NCBI GenBank assembly: GCA_047495785.1 | Contig: JBLDXI010000019.1 | Span: 2,542,001 to 2,606,000 of the forward strand | Direction of reading: 5' to 3' | DNA from: Lepidodermella squamata | Lineage: Eukaryota; Animalia; Gastrotricha | DNA: 64,000 nt | Part shown: piece by piece, positions 27,001-39,399 of the stretch | How the letters are laid out: every line of letters starts with the position of its first letter | Numbering within the stretch: position 1 is the stretch's first letter | Translations under genes and position numbers: made by a program | The notes under the pieces: model-generated | What the model saw: the letters and a program-made list of their open reading frames with translations, nothing else | Database searches by the model: none | What the model was told of the DNA's origin: nothing

Positions 27001-30000
27001 AAAAATCTTGATTTTCCAACTTCAAATTTTAGGTTCCAGCATACAATTTGAACCTTCAGAACTAGATTTTCCCGGAGCATGGTTTTTGGAGTTTCACGTA
27101 TTCTCTTCAAATTTGGATGAAAAAGGCTAGAAGGATGAGCTTGAATGTTATTCAAATTTCCAAATTTGGTCTAATTTGAGGGTTCCAGCGCTAAATTTGG
27201 GACATTTCATGGCATGCTAGTTAGTTGAATTCCAAGGTTCAAGATTGCAAGAAATCGAAACACAATTCTAAAATTCAGCGCTAGACCCTTAATTTTAATG
27301 GTGGTCCAAATTTTATGAAAAAAATTGAAAATTTTAATAAGAAAAAAGAAATTTCAGATTCGATTAAAAAACTAAATTTCCAACAATTTTTTGCACCTTT
27401 TTCGAACTTTTTTCAAAATTAGTTGGGGTTTGGGGTTAAAATAAAAAATTCACTTTAATTTCAAATTTGTGAATTGTTTACCTTGGCCATGTAATTGTCT
27501 CGCATGCGTTCAACATCCTGAAACTCGCTCATACGTCCGCCGAAGTTGCTTTACTAGCACTCTTCGATTATTCGGTGCATGGAAAGGCTTTTCGACATAT
27601 TTTTAACCGTTTGGCTGCAGGATAAATTGTAGAATTTATCGGCAAATGGAGACTACTTATAAACTTGGAAAAATATTACAGCCGTTTCTTTTTCCGAGGT
27701 TAAACATTTGCACCGCCATAAAAGAGGTTCCGCCCATAAATTTCCCTGACTTTTTCCGAATTTCTGCGATTTCGATGGTACCGATTTACCCTAGCATTAG
27801 TTGAGCTAGAATTTTCACACGTATCGATGGATAAAATTATTTAAAAATGCTAATCTTGGGAAATAATGAAAAATCTTGATTTTCCAACTTCAAATTTTAG
27901 GTTCCAGCATACAATTTGAACCTTCAGAACTAGATTTTCCCGGAGCATGGTTTTTGGAGTTTCACGTATTCTCTTCAAATTTGGATGAAAAAGGCTAGAA
28001 GGATGAGCTTGAATGTTATTCAAATTTCCAAATTTGGTCTAATTTGAGGGTTCCAGCGCTAAATTTGGGACATTTCATGGCATGCTAGTTAGTTGAATTC
28101 CAAGGTTCAAGATTGCAAGAAATCGAAACACAATTCTAAAATTCAGCGCTAGACCCTTAATTTTAATGGTGGTCCAAATTTTATGAAAAAAATTGAAAAT
28201 TTTAATAAGAAAAAAGAAATTTCAGATTCGATTAAAAAACTAAATTTCCAACAATTTTTTGCACCTTTTTCGAACTTTTTTCAAAATTAGTTGGGGTTTG
28301 GGGTTAAAATAAAAAATTCACTTTAATTTCAAATTTGTGAATTGTTTACCTTGGCCATGTAATTGTCTCGCATGCGTTCAACATCCTGAAACTCGCTCAT
28401 ACGTCCGCCGAAGTTGCTTTACTAGCACTCTTCGATTATTCGGTGCATGGAAAGGCTTTTCGACATATTTTTAACCGTTTGGCTGCAGGATAAATTGTAG
28501 AATTTATCGGCAAATGGAGACTACTTATAAACTTGGAAAAATATTACAGCCGTTTCTTTTTCCGAGGTTAAACATTTGCACCGCCATAAAAGAGGTTCCG
28601 CCCATAAATTTCCCTGACTTTTTCCGAATTTCTGCGATTTCGATGGTACCGATTTACCCTAGCATTAGTTGAGCTAGAATTTTCACACGTATCGATGGAT
28701 AAAATTATTTAAAAATGCTAATCTTGGGAAATAATGAAAAATCTTGATTTTCCAACTTCAAATTTTAGGTTCCAGCATACAATTTGAACCTTCAGAACTA
28801 GATTTTCCCGGAGCATGGTTTTTGGAGTTTCACGTATTCTCTTCAAATTTGGATGAAAAAGGCTAGAAGGATGAGCTTGAATGTTATTCAAATTTCCAAA
28901 TTTGGTCTAATTTGAGGGTTCCAGCGCTAAATTTGGGACATTTCATGGCATGCTAGTTAGTTGAATTCCAAGGTTCAAGATTGCAAGAAATCGAAACACA
29001 ATTCTAAAATTCAGCGCTAGACCCTTAATTTTAATGGTGGTCCAAATTTTATGAAAAAAATTGAAAATTTTAATAAGAAAAAAGAAATTTCAGATTCGAT
29101 TAAAAAACTAAATTTCCAACAATTTTTTGCACCTTTTTCGAACTTTTTTCAAAATTAGTTGGGGTTTGGGGTTAAAATAAAAAATTCACTTTAATTTCAA
29201 ATTTGTGAATTGTTTACCTTGGCCATGTAATTGTCTCGCATGCGTTCAACATCCTGAAACTCGCTCATACGTCCGCCGAAGTTGCGAACACGCCGCTTTT
29301 TCTTCTTCTTACCAGCCGCCAGGTTGCCAGTAGAGCTGGCGCCAACCTTACTGCCTCCGCCACCCATGCGGCGTGACGTTAGTAGCGACGACTGTAACTG
29401 AGCTGCAAGACTCGCCGGGTTGACGCTGTTTATCGGCACGTAGTACGAGGCATACGACGTTTTGCTGGTTGACGGCGCTAGTGCGAACTGCAAACCACCG
29501 CCGTTGTCATTTTGAATGCGACACACAAGATCGTGGTAGATTTGCGAATCGGTAATGCTACCGCTTTTCTGCCGCGCCTGGTGCAGTTTGTCACTCGACG
29601 AACTACTGCCGGCTAAATGATTATTGATAATATTACTACTACTGCTGGCGTTGTTGTTTCTAGGCGAGGGCTGCGCCGTCGTTACGGGCGGTAACTGTCC
29701 GCCGCGCGGCGATTGCTAGAAAATATTAAAAAAAATTAATGTGCGCATTAAGGAGGGTTTTTTATTATTTAGATAAAGAAGCTATAAAGATGGATCAATA
29801 TCACGCAATAGATAGAAGAGGTCATATTTTATAGCTTAACAATTTGACCCAGACATTTTATTGAAGGGCAATCTTATGTGCGCAAGCTTAAAGATGACCC
29901 AATTTCTTAGGCACAGAATGGCAATATTTTAAAACGCGAATTTTTTTATTGCAATACCTGCTGCTGAAGGTAGGGATAAAGCGGGTTGTGGTGGTAGAGA

Positions 30001-30008
30001 GATACCAT
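24097..30008 (-). CDS. MATCAP/KIAA0895-like (DUF1704) metallocarboxypeptidase. Exons approx. 30008-29958, 29715-29218, 26081-25641, 25588-25489, 25437-~25369, ~25317-~24732, ~24476-24097
   Basis: Zn motif HEVFTH (HExxxH), TEEG|LAVLHS, ALSYYTAC, LADYVQSPDLRWKYAMR, KDQCYFTG..ILR..IDF..L..GKIA; low-complexity N- and C-termini. First and last exon boundaries are less certain. Confidence 0.85.
26123..29285. repeat. Tandem array of an 868-bp unit (about 3.6 copies; units start 26123, 26991, 27859, 28727)
   Basis: Units look identical by eye. Each unit is segment A (intron 2 start plus the last ~67 nt of exon 2) plus segment B (a copy of 30878-31193). Confidence 0.97.
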
Positions 30009-30877
30009 TCTCGCCTATTATTATTGTTGTTGTTATTTACTATCAGCAGGCTATTGATGGCGGCGGCTTTTGAATTGTGCGACACCGGCGATGTGCTGAC
30101 CAGCATTTTGACGGCCCACTCCGACTTGCGCCGACGATAGCTGCCTATTAGAATTGGGAAATAGTTCGTAGTATAGTAGCCGAAAAAATAATAAACACTC
30201 AATATAAAGGTATTTTAATTTATTTTAATTCGGACAGTAGTATAAGGGGATGTCGTCGCTTACATTTTTTATTATTCGTCCGGCGGGGCGATTTCAAAGG
30301 TTGTTATGGCAGCTACACGCCCTTGCCGCGCCTCCTTTTTCAACGATGAAAAGTGCTGTCGCTATTAAATAATGGGTACATACATCTATATATCAATTAA
30401 ATGAGAACTTCATCCACGCGTCATAAACGACCTCGGAGGAGGCAAATTGTCCTAAAAAATTGAGACGAAAATCGGGAAAATTAATAAACAACGCTACAAC
30501 GCTTCGAAAGAATGAAAATATCGGGGACAATAATTTTAAGAAGTGCAACAAAATTAGATCTTGCCAGAATTAGAAGCTGTTCACACTCGATAGGCTCTTG
30601 AAGGGCAGTTTTTTTTGCAAATTTCTCGCATTTTTTGAGCTAAATAATGAAAGGTGTATAGCGCTTCAAGTTTTGATAAAGAGGCGCCTAAATGCAATGC
30701 AGCACTGTTTAATGATGCATGAAGCAAAAAGCGGCACTTATGTCAAGCGTAAGCGTTGCCCCGAACGACATTTGTATATCGCCTCACCTTGGAGTGTTAA
30801 TATTTAATAACGCTAAACAACAATACGTTTCGGTTATAATAGGTATATTCATTCGGCGATACATGACGCGTGAAGTA

Positions 30878-31193
30878 TTGCTTTACTAGCACTCTTCGAT
30901 TATTCGGTGCATGGAAAGGCTTTTCGACATATTTTTAACCGTTTGGCTGCAGGATAAATTGTAGAATTTATCGGCAAATGGAGACTACTTATAAACTTGG
31001 AAAAATATTACAGCCGTTTCTTTTTCCGAGGTTAAACATTTGCACCGCCATAAAAGAGGTTCCGCCCATAAATTTCCCTGACTTTTTCCGAATTTCTGCG
31101 ATTTCGATGGTACCGATTTACCCTAGCATTAGTTGAGCTAGAATTTTCACACGTATCGATGGATAAAATTATTTAAAAATGCTAATCTTGGGA
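30878..31193. repeat. Single-copy source of segment B of the 868-bp array
   Basis: Matches 26678-26993 (offset 4200), 27546-27861 and 28414-28729. Confidence 0.95.
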
Positions 31194-31908
31194 GAAAATC
31201 GATAATTTAATCCTGCAGGCTGAGGTAGAACTGATCGCCAATATCGCTAAATAGGCCTGCGATTTGCGATTGAGATTCAATACTGAGGGACAGGAATAAA
31301 AATTGGGTTGTAAGGAAAACCTGAAATCAGACGACTTCTTGGCAAAATTGTCAAAAATGGCTGTATTCCTCGTATTCAATGCTGGGACCTGGAATATGAG
31401 CGGTTATTTCGCGAAAAATCAGCGACCCTTAACACATTTTTATTTGCCATTCCTTTGTATAGAATACAAATTTTGGCGCTGTTTTTTACCTTCTTTCATG
31501 TTTTTCCTCTTTATTTACCGGATATTTTTGTTTGCTCTGCGAAGCGAAATTCATTCGAATCAATTATTTATTTTTACACGTAATACAAAGAATGAAGAAT
31601 GGGCAATTTTATTTGCTTTAGTGAACACGAATTTTTGAACGAGACGAATATCAGCCATACGTGACAAGGTGCGAGAAATGAAAAAACAAGATAACTAAAA
31701 AACTGAAAATATGAAGGAAATTTCAGAAAATCGTTGCGCCTCATTTTCGACTCGTCGACTACCATAAAAACAGTGCTATGAACGGAATTTTACAAACGAC
31801 AAATCCGAAATTTTGGGTCTAATGAAAAAATAAGACAAGCACAAAGTGGACTGATATCTTCAATACTAAACAAATAATTAAAAAATGAATAACATTAATA
31901 TAATTCAT

Positions 31909-34900
31909 CTATGCAGTTGGACATGGAGGTTTCGGCGGTGGGCCATTGCTGGCATTACTGTTCGTATTGGTATTACCTCCGAGGTTAGCATTGAGGCTGG
32001 AAATATCAACCGGCGGTTTCGCGTCGTCAGGGCTCGGCATCTGCAGCGAGTTGCTCCGCTCCCGGCCCAGCGCTTTCTTATCCAAAAATTTTCGCCGATC
32101 TGCACTCGGCGTTGATGGTATCAATTCCGTCGAAAACGGAACAGGATTCGCCTTGTTATTAGCTCGATACCGGCCAGAGGCTGTTCGGGTCAGGCGAACT
32201 TTTCGGTAAGTATCCTGCCAGTCTTCGTCCTCCAAAAACGCGGCGTAGGAGCTGTTCATGAACTTCGCAATTTTCGGCACATTGCTGAGGAGTAGGGATA
32301 GATTTTCGGTGTTGTAGTCCTTAGCTTTGGCCTCTTTTTCCTTAGCCAATACTTCAGCCGCGTCTTCTTTGATCAAATTCCAATCGCGAATTATATCCTC
32401 ACTTGTCGTGTGGGTTGAGGTCACCGTGAATCGGATGATGTAAGTACCTAGGATGGAAAAAATATTTTTGACCTAGTTTCGGACATTTTGAAAAAATGCT
32501 ACAAATTCAAGAAAAAAATTATTTTGGGTTTTTTTTTAATTTTTCAAAAAAACGTCCGAAACTAGGTCTAATTCTACTCACCTTTCAAACTTGCCGGGAC
32601 GCAGTGCATGTGACCCTGTTTATTGATTCGCTTCAACAACCGCTCGGTCAAGAGATTCTCGCCCTTGAGTCGAAATGAGACCAAGCCCAAATAGCGAGGC
32701 GCGGCGATTTCAAAGCGCTCGTCACTTCGCACGAGTTGCTCGAACTGATCGGCTCGTTTGACACCGGCTCGAACGTGTTCTTGAAGGCCTTCGTGGCCGT
32801 ACGATCGGATGACAAACCACAATTTGAGAGCGCGAAATCGACGGCTTTGCGGCAGTTGCCAAAATTGATAATCAATAGCTTGATCTATTTCAAATTTTAA
32901 TTACAAAATGTTCACGAAAATTTGAAATCTCAAATCGAAATAAAAAATGAATATTAAAATTTAATTTTTTCAAATTTAATTTATTAATTTGTACGATTCT
33001 GATTACTTACGATCTGAGTCAGTATCAACGTAAATCGGTTTTTGGATGAAAACTTCGTGCAGCAGATGCGAGTTGTAGATCCAAAATGCCGTGCAGTCGA
33101 AATGGACCATCATCCACTTGCTAGGGTTGAACGCAAACGACTGGGCGTGACCTATACCGGTCATAAAATGGCGAAATTCCGGGCACAGGAATGACGTCCC
33201 AGCGTAGGCGGCATCAACGTGGCACCAAATGTTATTTCGGGTACAGATCGGGCCCAATTCGGCTAAATTATCGAAGGCACAACAACCGGTCGTTCCAAGA
33301 GTTGTACAAAGCTATGGAAAAACAAAAATTAGAAAAATGAAGGAAAAATCTTCAAAAAAGGGAAAATTCTCAAAAAATAATACGGAAATATGATGAATTT
33401 TCAGTTTATAATTAATTTTATAAAAAATATCATTTTATAATTTTAATTTTAATTTCATGATTTTAAAATTTTAAATTCAAACTGTTTTAATTTTTTTTTA
33501 ATTTTCAATGATATTTTTCATCCAAATTCTTACGTAGAACGGAATTTTTCCAGCTTTTGTATCTTCAGCAATCGCCGCTTCAAGGACATCGCCTCGTAGA
33601 CTGAAATCGCCTGGGCTGCTCGATAGGCACTTCAACTCGATGAAGGACATGATACACGCCTTTTCAACACTGGAATGCGCCTGGTCGGAGCAATAAGCCA
33701 CCAGTCTCGCATTGATAATCGCTGGTGGGGTGTCTGAATCACCCGACATGTTCCGGTACCGAGTCAGGGCTAATTTCCTCGCAGTTAGGATTGACATGAA
33801 AGTCGACTCGCTCAGGGTGGTTAGAATAATCCCGCCGCCATTTGTTTCGCTTTTATCGAATCGAAATTTATCTGGCAGGCCGATCATTTGCGCCAGCCAG
33901 TCCATGACCAGCGTTTCCAGCTCAGTCCCAGCCGGGTTGGACGCCCATGAAAAGCCGAGGCTGTTGATCGCGTTTGATAGCATGTCACCGAGTAGCGATG
34001 GGTAGGAGGTTAGGGCTGGGAAATAGGCGTGCATGTGCGGGCTCTGCCACTGCGTCATTCCGGGCATGATTACGCCTTCGATGTCACCGAAAATTGCCGG
34101 CCACTGCTCGGGCTCGACGGGCGCTGTTGGGTCGCATAGCTCGCGGAGATAACCAGGTTCGACTCGCGGGAAAACTCGACGGCCGCGGATTGTGTTCAGG
34201 TAACCGTCAATGTACTCGATAACCTCCCGAGCTGAGAAAAAAGTATCAAAAGTGAGATGATAATCTCCAAGGAGTCATAGGCTAAATTTGGTATATGCAA
34301 AGAGTGCAAACCCTAAGGTCCCCTTAATGGAGTTTTAGTCACCCTATAGTAATAGCGGGACTACAACCGCAGGGTGTCTAAAAGGCATATCTCCGCGCTG
34401 GGAAATCGTATTAATTCGGTGAAAATGGATAAATAGACAGTGTCTCATCGGCTTGGTGATGAACTAGGACCTGTTTTCTGGGACGTCACCAAACTGCACA
34501 AATGTGTCGTCAAAATCGATTTTGCAGGAAGTATCACCTGTGGCCAAACACGAAACGAAATGCATCTCTAGGTAGATCTCACTATGCTGATGAACTCTTT
34601 TTGAGAGCGGCTTCCTAGCTATCACCGTTCTCGAGATAACTGCCCAGGTGTGACATCAGGTAAGGTCACGTGACAAACTGGAGACTGGAATTTCTCTGTA
34701 ACCTTAAGTGATAAAAAAATGGGGTTTTCGAATTCTTGCTCCCGAAATATCAATAGTCAATAGGGAAAGAAAACTTAAATATGCCTTTAAGATTCTGGGG
34801 TCCCCGTCCTTAATTTGGAACCCCAGCTAAAATGGGGATAAATAACAGGTAGTGGAACCAAATTTAGCTGTATTGGGCAACAACATGGCTCCAAAAGCTG

Positions 34901-35456
34901 ATAAATTACCACAATTTTATTATACCGCGTTGTCGATCTCTGTAAATCATAAAGAATTTACCAGTGATTTCTTTTGATTTCTGATAGTAAATCCTGAAAT
35001 CCCCGATAATTACGAAAATAACCTTTTCGGGCGAATTAATTACGCCGCATATGGTTCCGGTCCCGGCTCCGCAGCATGCAAGTTTGGTTCCGCTATAAGC
35101 AGGGTCCGAAATTCAGCGCTACAACGCTGTACCCACTCAGCACTGGAAACTCTATTTTGGCTGTGGAAAATATTTAGACCCGCTAAATTTACTCAGGATT
35201 CAACGAGTTATGTGGCTCTCATAGATATTTTTCATCTAGCCTTTAGTGTCATGGGATTTGTGAGCTTTGAGAATCCTAACTCCATCTTCAGAAAAGCTTT
35301 CCACTAGAATTTCAGCAGTTCTTCGAGAATTGGAGCCAAATATAACATTGGAAGGCTATTTTTTCGAAAATTCTACCCAAACGCCATTTGGTAACATAAG
35401 GAAACAGACAACATTTGCTTAAAATTACCTCTAAGTTTGTACTCCTCAGCATCCAT
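31909..35456 (-). CDS. HDC: Histidine decarboxylase (PLP-dependent, group II). Exons 35456-35429, 34231-33534, 33311-33011, 32884-32582, 32447-31909
   Basis: [54 protein letters not shown]-lysine motif [13 protein letters not shown] (HDC type; AADC has NPHKW, TDC NPNKW), Ser in [18 protein letters not shown], and a C-terminal extension. Confidence 0.92.
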
Positions 35457-35901
35457 CGCTGAATAAACTCAACGAAAAATTCGAAAAAATTCGAAAAACC
35501 TCGCGTGTAAATTATCTCTAGGTATTGGCGATTGTAGAATCTGTTTTTAGGCAAAAACAGCGGGCGAGAACACTTTGACTTGTTTTCACGCAATGCCTTC
35601 ACGAGCTTTATCGATTTCGCCGCGTTAATCTTGTGTCGTGAATCCTGCGACAAATTGAATATGACGATTAATAACAGCGGCACACGTTTTCATCTTCTCT
35701 CAGAATGTATCTCACGACAGACAAGATCAATTAAAGTCTATTTACACGATGTACATCTAGCTACCGAAATGCCGGGTACAAAAAAAAACGCCAGGGTCTC
35801 AACGAAATTAACGCGCTACCCCGCCTTAGCAAACAAGATTTTAGCTTAAACCTCCGCGACATCAAGCACAGCTGTTCAATCAAAATATGCCACTCTGGGC
35901 C

Positions 35902-35908
35902 TATAAAA
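35902..35908 (+). promoter_or_regulatory. TATA box of Cys-rich secreted gene A
   Basis: CTATAAAA about 65-70 bp upstream of ATG 35972; the paralogue has the same motif at 52507. Confidence 0.6.
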
Positions 35909-35971
35909 TACCCCCTCCCAGCTCTCTCGGGTCATATTCCCATTCTGGAAAAGATTCTTCCTTAATACATC

Positions 35972-36755
35972 ATGATCCGTTTCTGCATTGCCGTTGCTCT
36001 GTTCGCCGCTGTTTCGGCTGGTACAGCCCAGGTCGAGGAAACCTGCGCTGTCGATGCCGACTGCCTGGATGCCAACGCCTACTGCCACGTCTGCTCGGCT
36101 GGCGGCCACTGCATGTGTAAGACCGGCTACGTCAAGGGCCTGCCTGATGCCAACCACGAAACCAACTTCTGCTACAAGACCAAGGCATGCGCCACCGTAA
36201 GTTATACCTTTCCTAACCACAGCTCGATCGTAAGGTGATTTTTTACAGAATGCCGATTGCGAGAAGGACGGATTCTGCAATAACAGCACCAAGATGTGTA
36301 ACCCCCTGAACAGGCCCTTCCTCAACACCCCCGCCTGGATGGCTGGTATGGACGTCTACAACGACCCTAACGTCATCCGCCTGAACGACGGCTCCTACCA
36401 GACCCTGCCCAACAAAGCCTACACCGGCACCACCCCTCCCGGAGGCTTCACCGCCCCGTCTGTTACCGCTGGCTCCGTTAGCGTTGCCAAGGTCGGCTGC
36501 TTCGCCAATGAACACTGCTCGGACGTTAACGCGATCTGCGCCAACGCCACCATGCTCGCCAGTGCTCCGTTTATCCCTGGCAAGTGCGTTTGCGCCGAGG
36601 GATTCAAGCCATACGCGTGTGATGCTAACCACAAGGCTGGCTGGTGCTACCCGATCATCAAGTGCTCCAAGTCTTCTGACTGCCCGGCGACTCCTAAGGG
36701 TGGCTGCGCTGGCGGCTTCTGCCTTCCCGCCCAGAAAGATGTCGGAAAGTGCTAG
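35972..36755 (+). CDS. Secreted cysteine-rich protein A (two EB/EGF-like modules). Exons 35972-36196, 36249-36755
   Basis: Signal peptide MIRFCIAVALFAAVSA; repeated CxxDxDC..C..CxCxxG[YF]..[FW]CY..CxxxxDC pattern; 52-nt GT-AG intron; strongly C-ending codons; AATAAA near 36853. Confidence 0.88.
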
Positions 36756-37258
36756 AAAAAACCCAATGATATCTCTATATAGCTTACATAAGTACCGCAT
36801 ATTACCGCTAAAAGTTCGTTTGCCAACAAACGTATGCAAGGTTCAGGAATTTAATAAATTAAGCAGCGGATAGTACTATGGCGAGCGAAATGAATCATCA
36901 CGAGTTATGCTTCCTTGGGTTCGTGACCAGCTTTCCTCAAGCGAAATCGGTCTTCTCCATCAGCTTCATTACCCGGGGCTGAGATTGGTTCGCATTGCGA
37001 GCGAAAAAATTACTCAAAAAATGATTGATCAAATAATTCTTTACTTTCTATATCTCTTTTTTTTATTGGAAAAATACAAATGCATAGTAAAATTTAAGTT
37101 GATAATAATTGGGTTGGTTTCACAGCAATGTTTGGATGTCGAAAAACATCAACAGCAACGATTATATATAACAACGATTGCTTATACGAACAGAAATATT
37201 GCTTATAGCTTAGACGAGATAAAAACAGAAGCAAAACACAGAAGACAATCGGGTCGCA

Positions 37259-38356
37259 TTATTGGGGAAATCTAGTTCGAGATGGCTTCAACTACGAATA
37301 ATTCTTTAATAGTAATATACCGTAAAAACTCGTACTAATGGTTGGTCTTATAATCGCATAATTTTCCGAAAAAAGTGCATTTTAGTTCAAAAAACAATTA
37401 TAAGACGGTATTCGCCCAACGTGTCAGAAGACGCTCGCAAAGTACTTGCCGATAAGTGCCCAGCTTGACATCTACGCGAAGTTTCAAAACCTAGCCAGCT
37501 GAGCTTCTCACACGACCCACGGGACTGGCTACAAGTCGTTTTATAACCAGCTCTCTTTTTAGAGAAACGGCATATTATCCTTTCTACCGTTAATTTTATA
37601 TCGCCTTTTTACATTGTTGATTGAATCATAAATTTATAAGTCTATGAGGCTATGTAATCGCGCCGAGAGCGCCGTAACAGGCGATGGTAGTAAAATAAAA
37701 TCAGAAATATGCCAAGACTAGTCTTATATTCGAATCACCCACCTTATAAAACTAATGATCGAGACCTGATGATAATGGGCTACCTAATGATCAAGCCTCC
37801 CTTAAGTACGAGTTTTTACGGTACTTCGCGAAATAAGCGATTACCATTTTGATTTCTGGCACCACAGAATCCTCTTTGCCGTTCATGATATCTTGAGCTT
37901 TCTGCCGCGCCCAGATGAAAAAAGCGCCGCCCGGTTTCAGACAAATTACTTGATTGACTTTCTCGGCGCATGCATCGAACCGTCGTCGATGCTCCTCTTG
38001 ATGAATCGCCTCAAGCTTTGCTACATCCCCACTATTCAGAAACTCGCCGACCAATGTGAGAAGAGTGCGAAGAGCAGACTGCTTCCGCTTCATCTTATCG
38101 TCAAGATTCGTCGCATCCGCGAGAAGAGGCGTAGAATTCTCGCGAGATTCAAGATTTCGAGGATGGCGTTGCAGTTGCGAGGTTTCGGCCGGGATCTTGA
38201 TAGCAGTTGGCTTATTGCTATCGTATGCCCCAATCTGAGATAATAAAGTACATTTATCGAAAATGTATACCAGATGTGATTATTACTTACCGCAGTCAGC
38301 CTGCTAAAAGCACCCGACGTCGCGAAAATTGCAAGAATAACGTTGCAAAGTTTCAT
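37259..38356 (-). CDS. Secreted orphan protein, possible peptide-hormone precursor. Exons 38356-38291, 38234-37845, 37291-37259
   Basis: Signal peptide MKLCNVILAIFATSGAFS; two phase-0 GT-AG introns give a continuous ORF with RHPR, KRK and RRR sites and a C-x8-C pair. The last exon is less certain. Confidence 0.65.
37320..37821. mobile_element. pogo/Tc2-like MITE (502 bp) inside intron 2 of the orphan gene
   Basis: TIR CCGTAAAAACTCGTACT ... AGTACGAGTTTTTACGG with TA on both flanks. Confidence 0.82.
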
Positions 38357-38925
38357 TTTGTTGGCTCCGAGAATGATAAGCTTTTAAATGCAAGGCAAAA
38401 CATTGTTTGTTGGCTCATCTAGTTGGCTCACAGAACCTGCAGCTTACAGCCTTGTAGCTTACAGCCTGTAGCAAGCACCATGGACACTCCTTCTTCACAC
38501 AGAGTATGGTTATACATTATTGTTTATGTCAGCTCTGCTTCGCCCGAGCCATGTACGACGCGTCCTTTCCCTGTAATCTGACCTAAGGACATCGTTTCGA
38601 TCCAGTTCAGATCATTCCCAATAATTCCCAATAACAGATTCTGGTTTCGACTCCATCATACAACCATGATAGTAAGCCCGACGAAATGATAGGTAGTAGC
38701 ATCGCCTGTAATTAAATTCAAACGCACACCACATATTTTGTGCTCGAATAAAGGAACTGCTGATGCGTTTTTCAGGCGAAAGTACATACATCCTACGCAT
38801 CGTCACATGTTTGAAAACGGTATAAATTTAATGCTGAAAATGTAACTCGCATGCGATATATTTATTTTACGTTTCAAATGCTTTTGAAAAAACCGAAAAT
38901 TTTTAATGCAAAAAGCAGTGCATAG

Positions 38926-39371
38926 CAGTGTGGTCCACGGTCAGAAACTGGCGAGTCACAAGCCGGAGTCAAAATTGGCCAAAAGAGTCACAACCTTAGA
39001 AATTTCCACTCAGGGGCGTAACCGGGACATTTTTAGGTAGTTTCTTTTTGGATCTCAGGGTAAAAAATTGATTTTCCCCGCGATAATCCAAGGTTGACGA
39101 AATATCGACACTATCGGGATGTCGAGCGTAGCGAGACATTTTTTGGCAATTTTGCAATCTTCCTCCACTTTGTAAGCAATTTTAGCCATTTTCTAAGAGA
39201 CAATTGGCCAAAGAGGGGGTCTTTGGAGTCAAAATCAGAGCAGGAGTCAATTTTGGCTAGGTTTGTGACTCTTTCGGTGTCAAATTTGGCTTTGTATCGG
39301 AGTCACACATGAGTAAAAAGAAATCCCAAAAGAGTCAAAATGACACCGGAGTCACACTTTGGACCACCCTG
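38926..39371. mobile_element. Non-autonomous hAT element (446 bp)
   Basis: 8-bp target-site duplication GTGCATAG (38918-38925 and 39372-39379); TIR CAGTGTGGTCCA / TGGACCACCCTG; about 9 subterminal GAGTCA motifs. Confidence 0.88.
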
Positions 39372-39399
39372 GTGCATAGAATTTTCGACAATTCTCCTT

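Noticed and set aside
26123-29285. Array as CRISPR or as a transposon
   Set aside because: Units are 868 bp with no variable spacers, TIRs, TSDs or coding capacity; both parts derive from local single-copy sequence; the context is eukaryotic.
31909-35456. DOPA or tyrosine decarboxylase assignment
   Set aside because: NPSKW, SPHMHAY and Ser before RRFR are HDC-type motifs.
37791-37844. MITE-derived C-terminus (YRKNSYLREA) of ORF 37791-38093
   Set aside because: A GTAATC donor at 37844 and an acceptor at 37292 place the MITE inside an intron.
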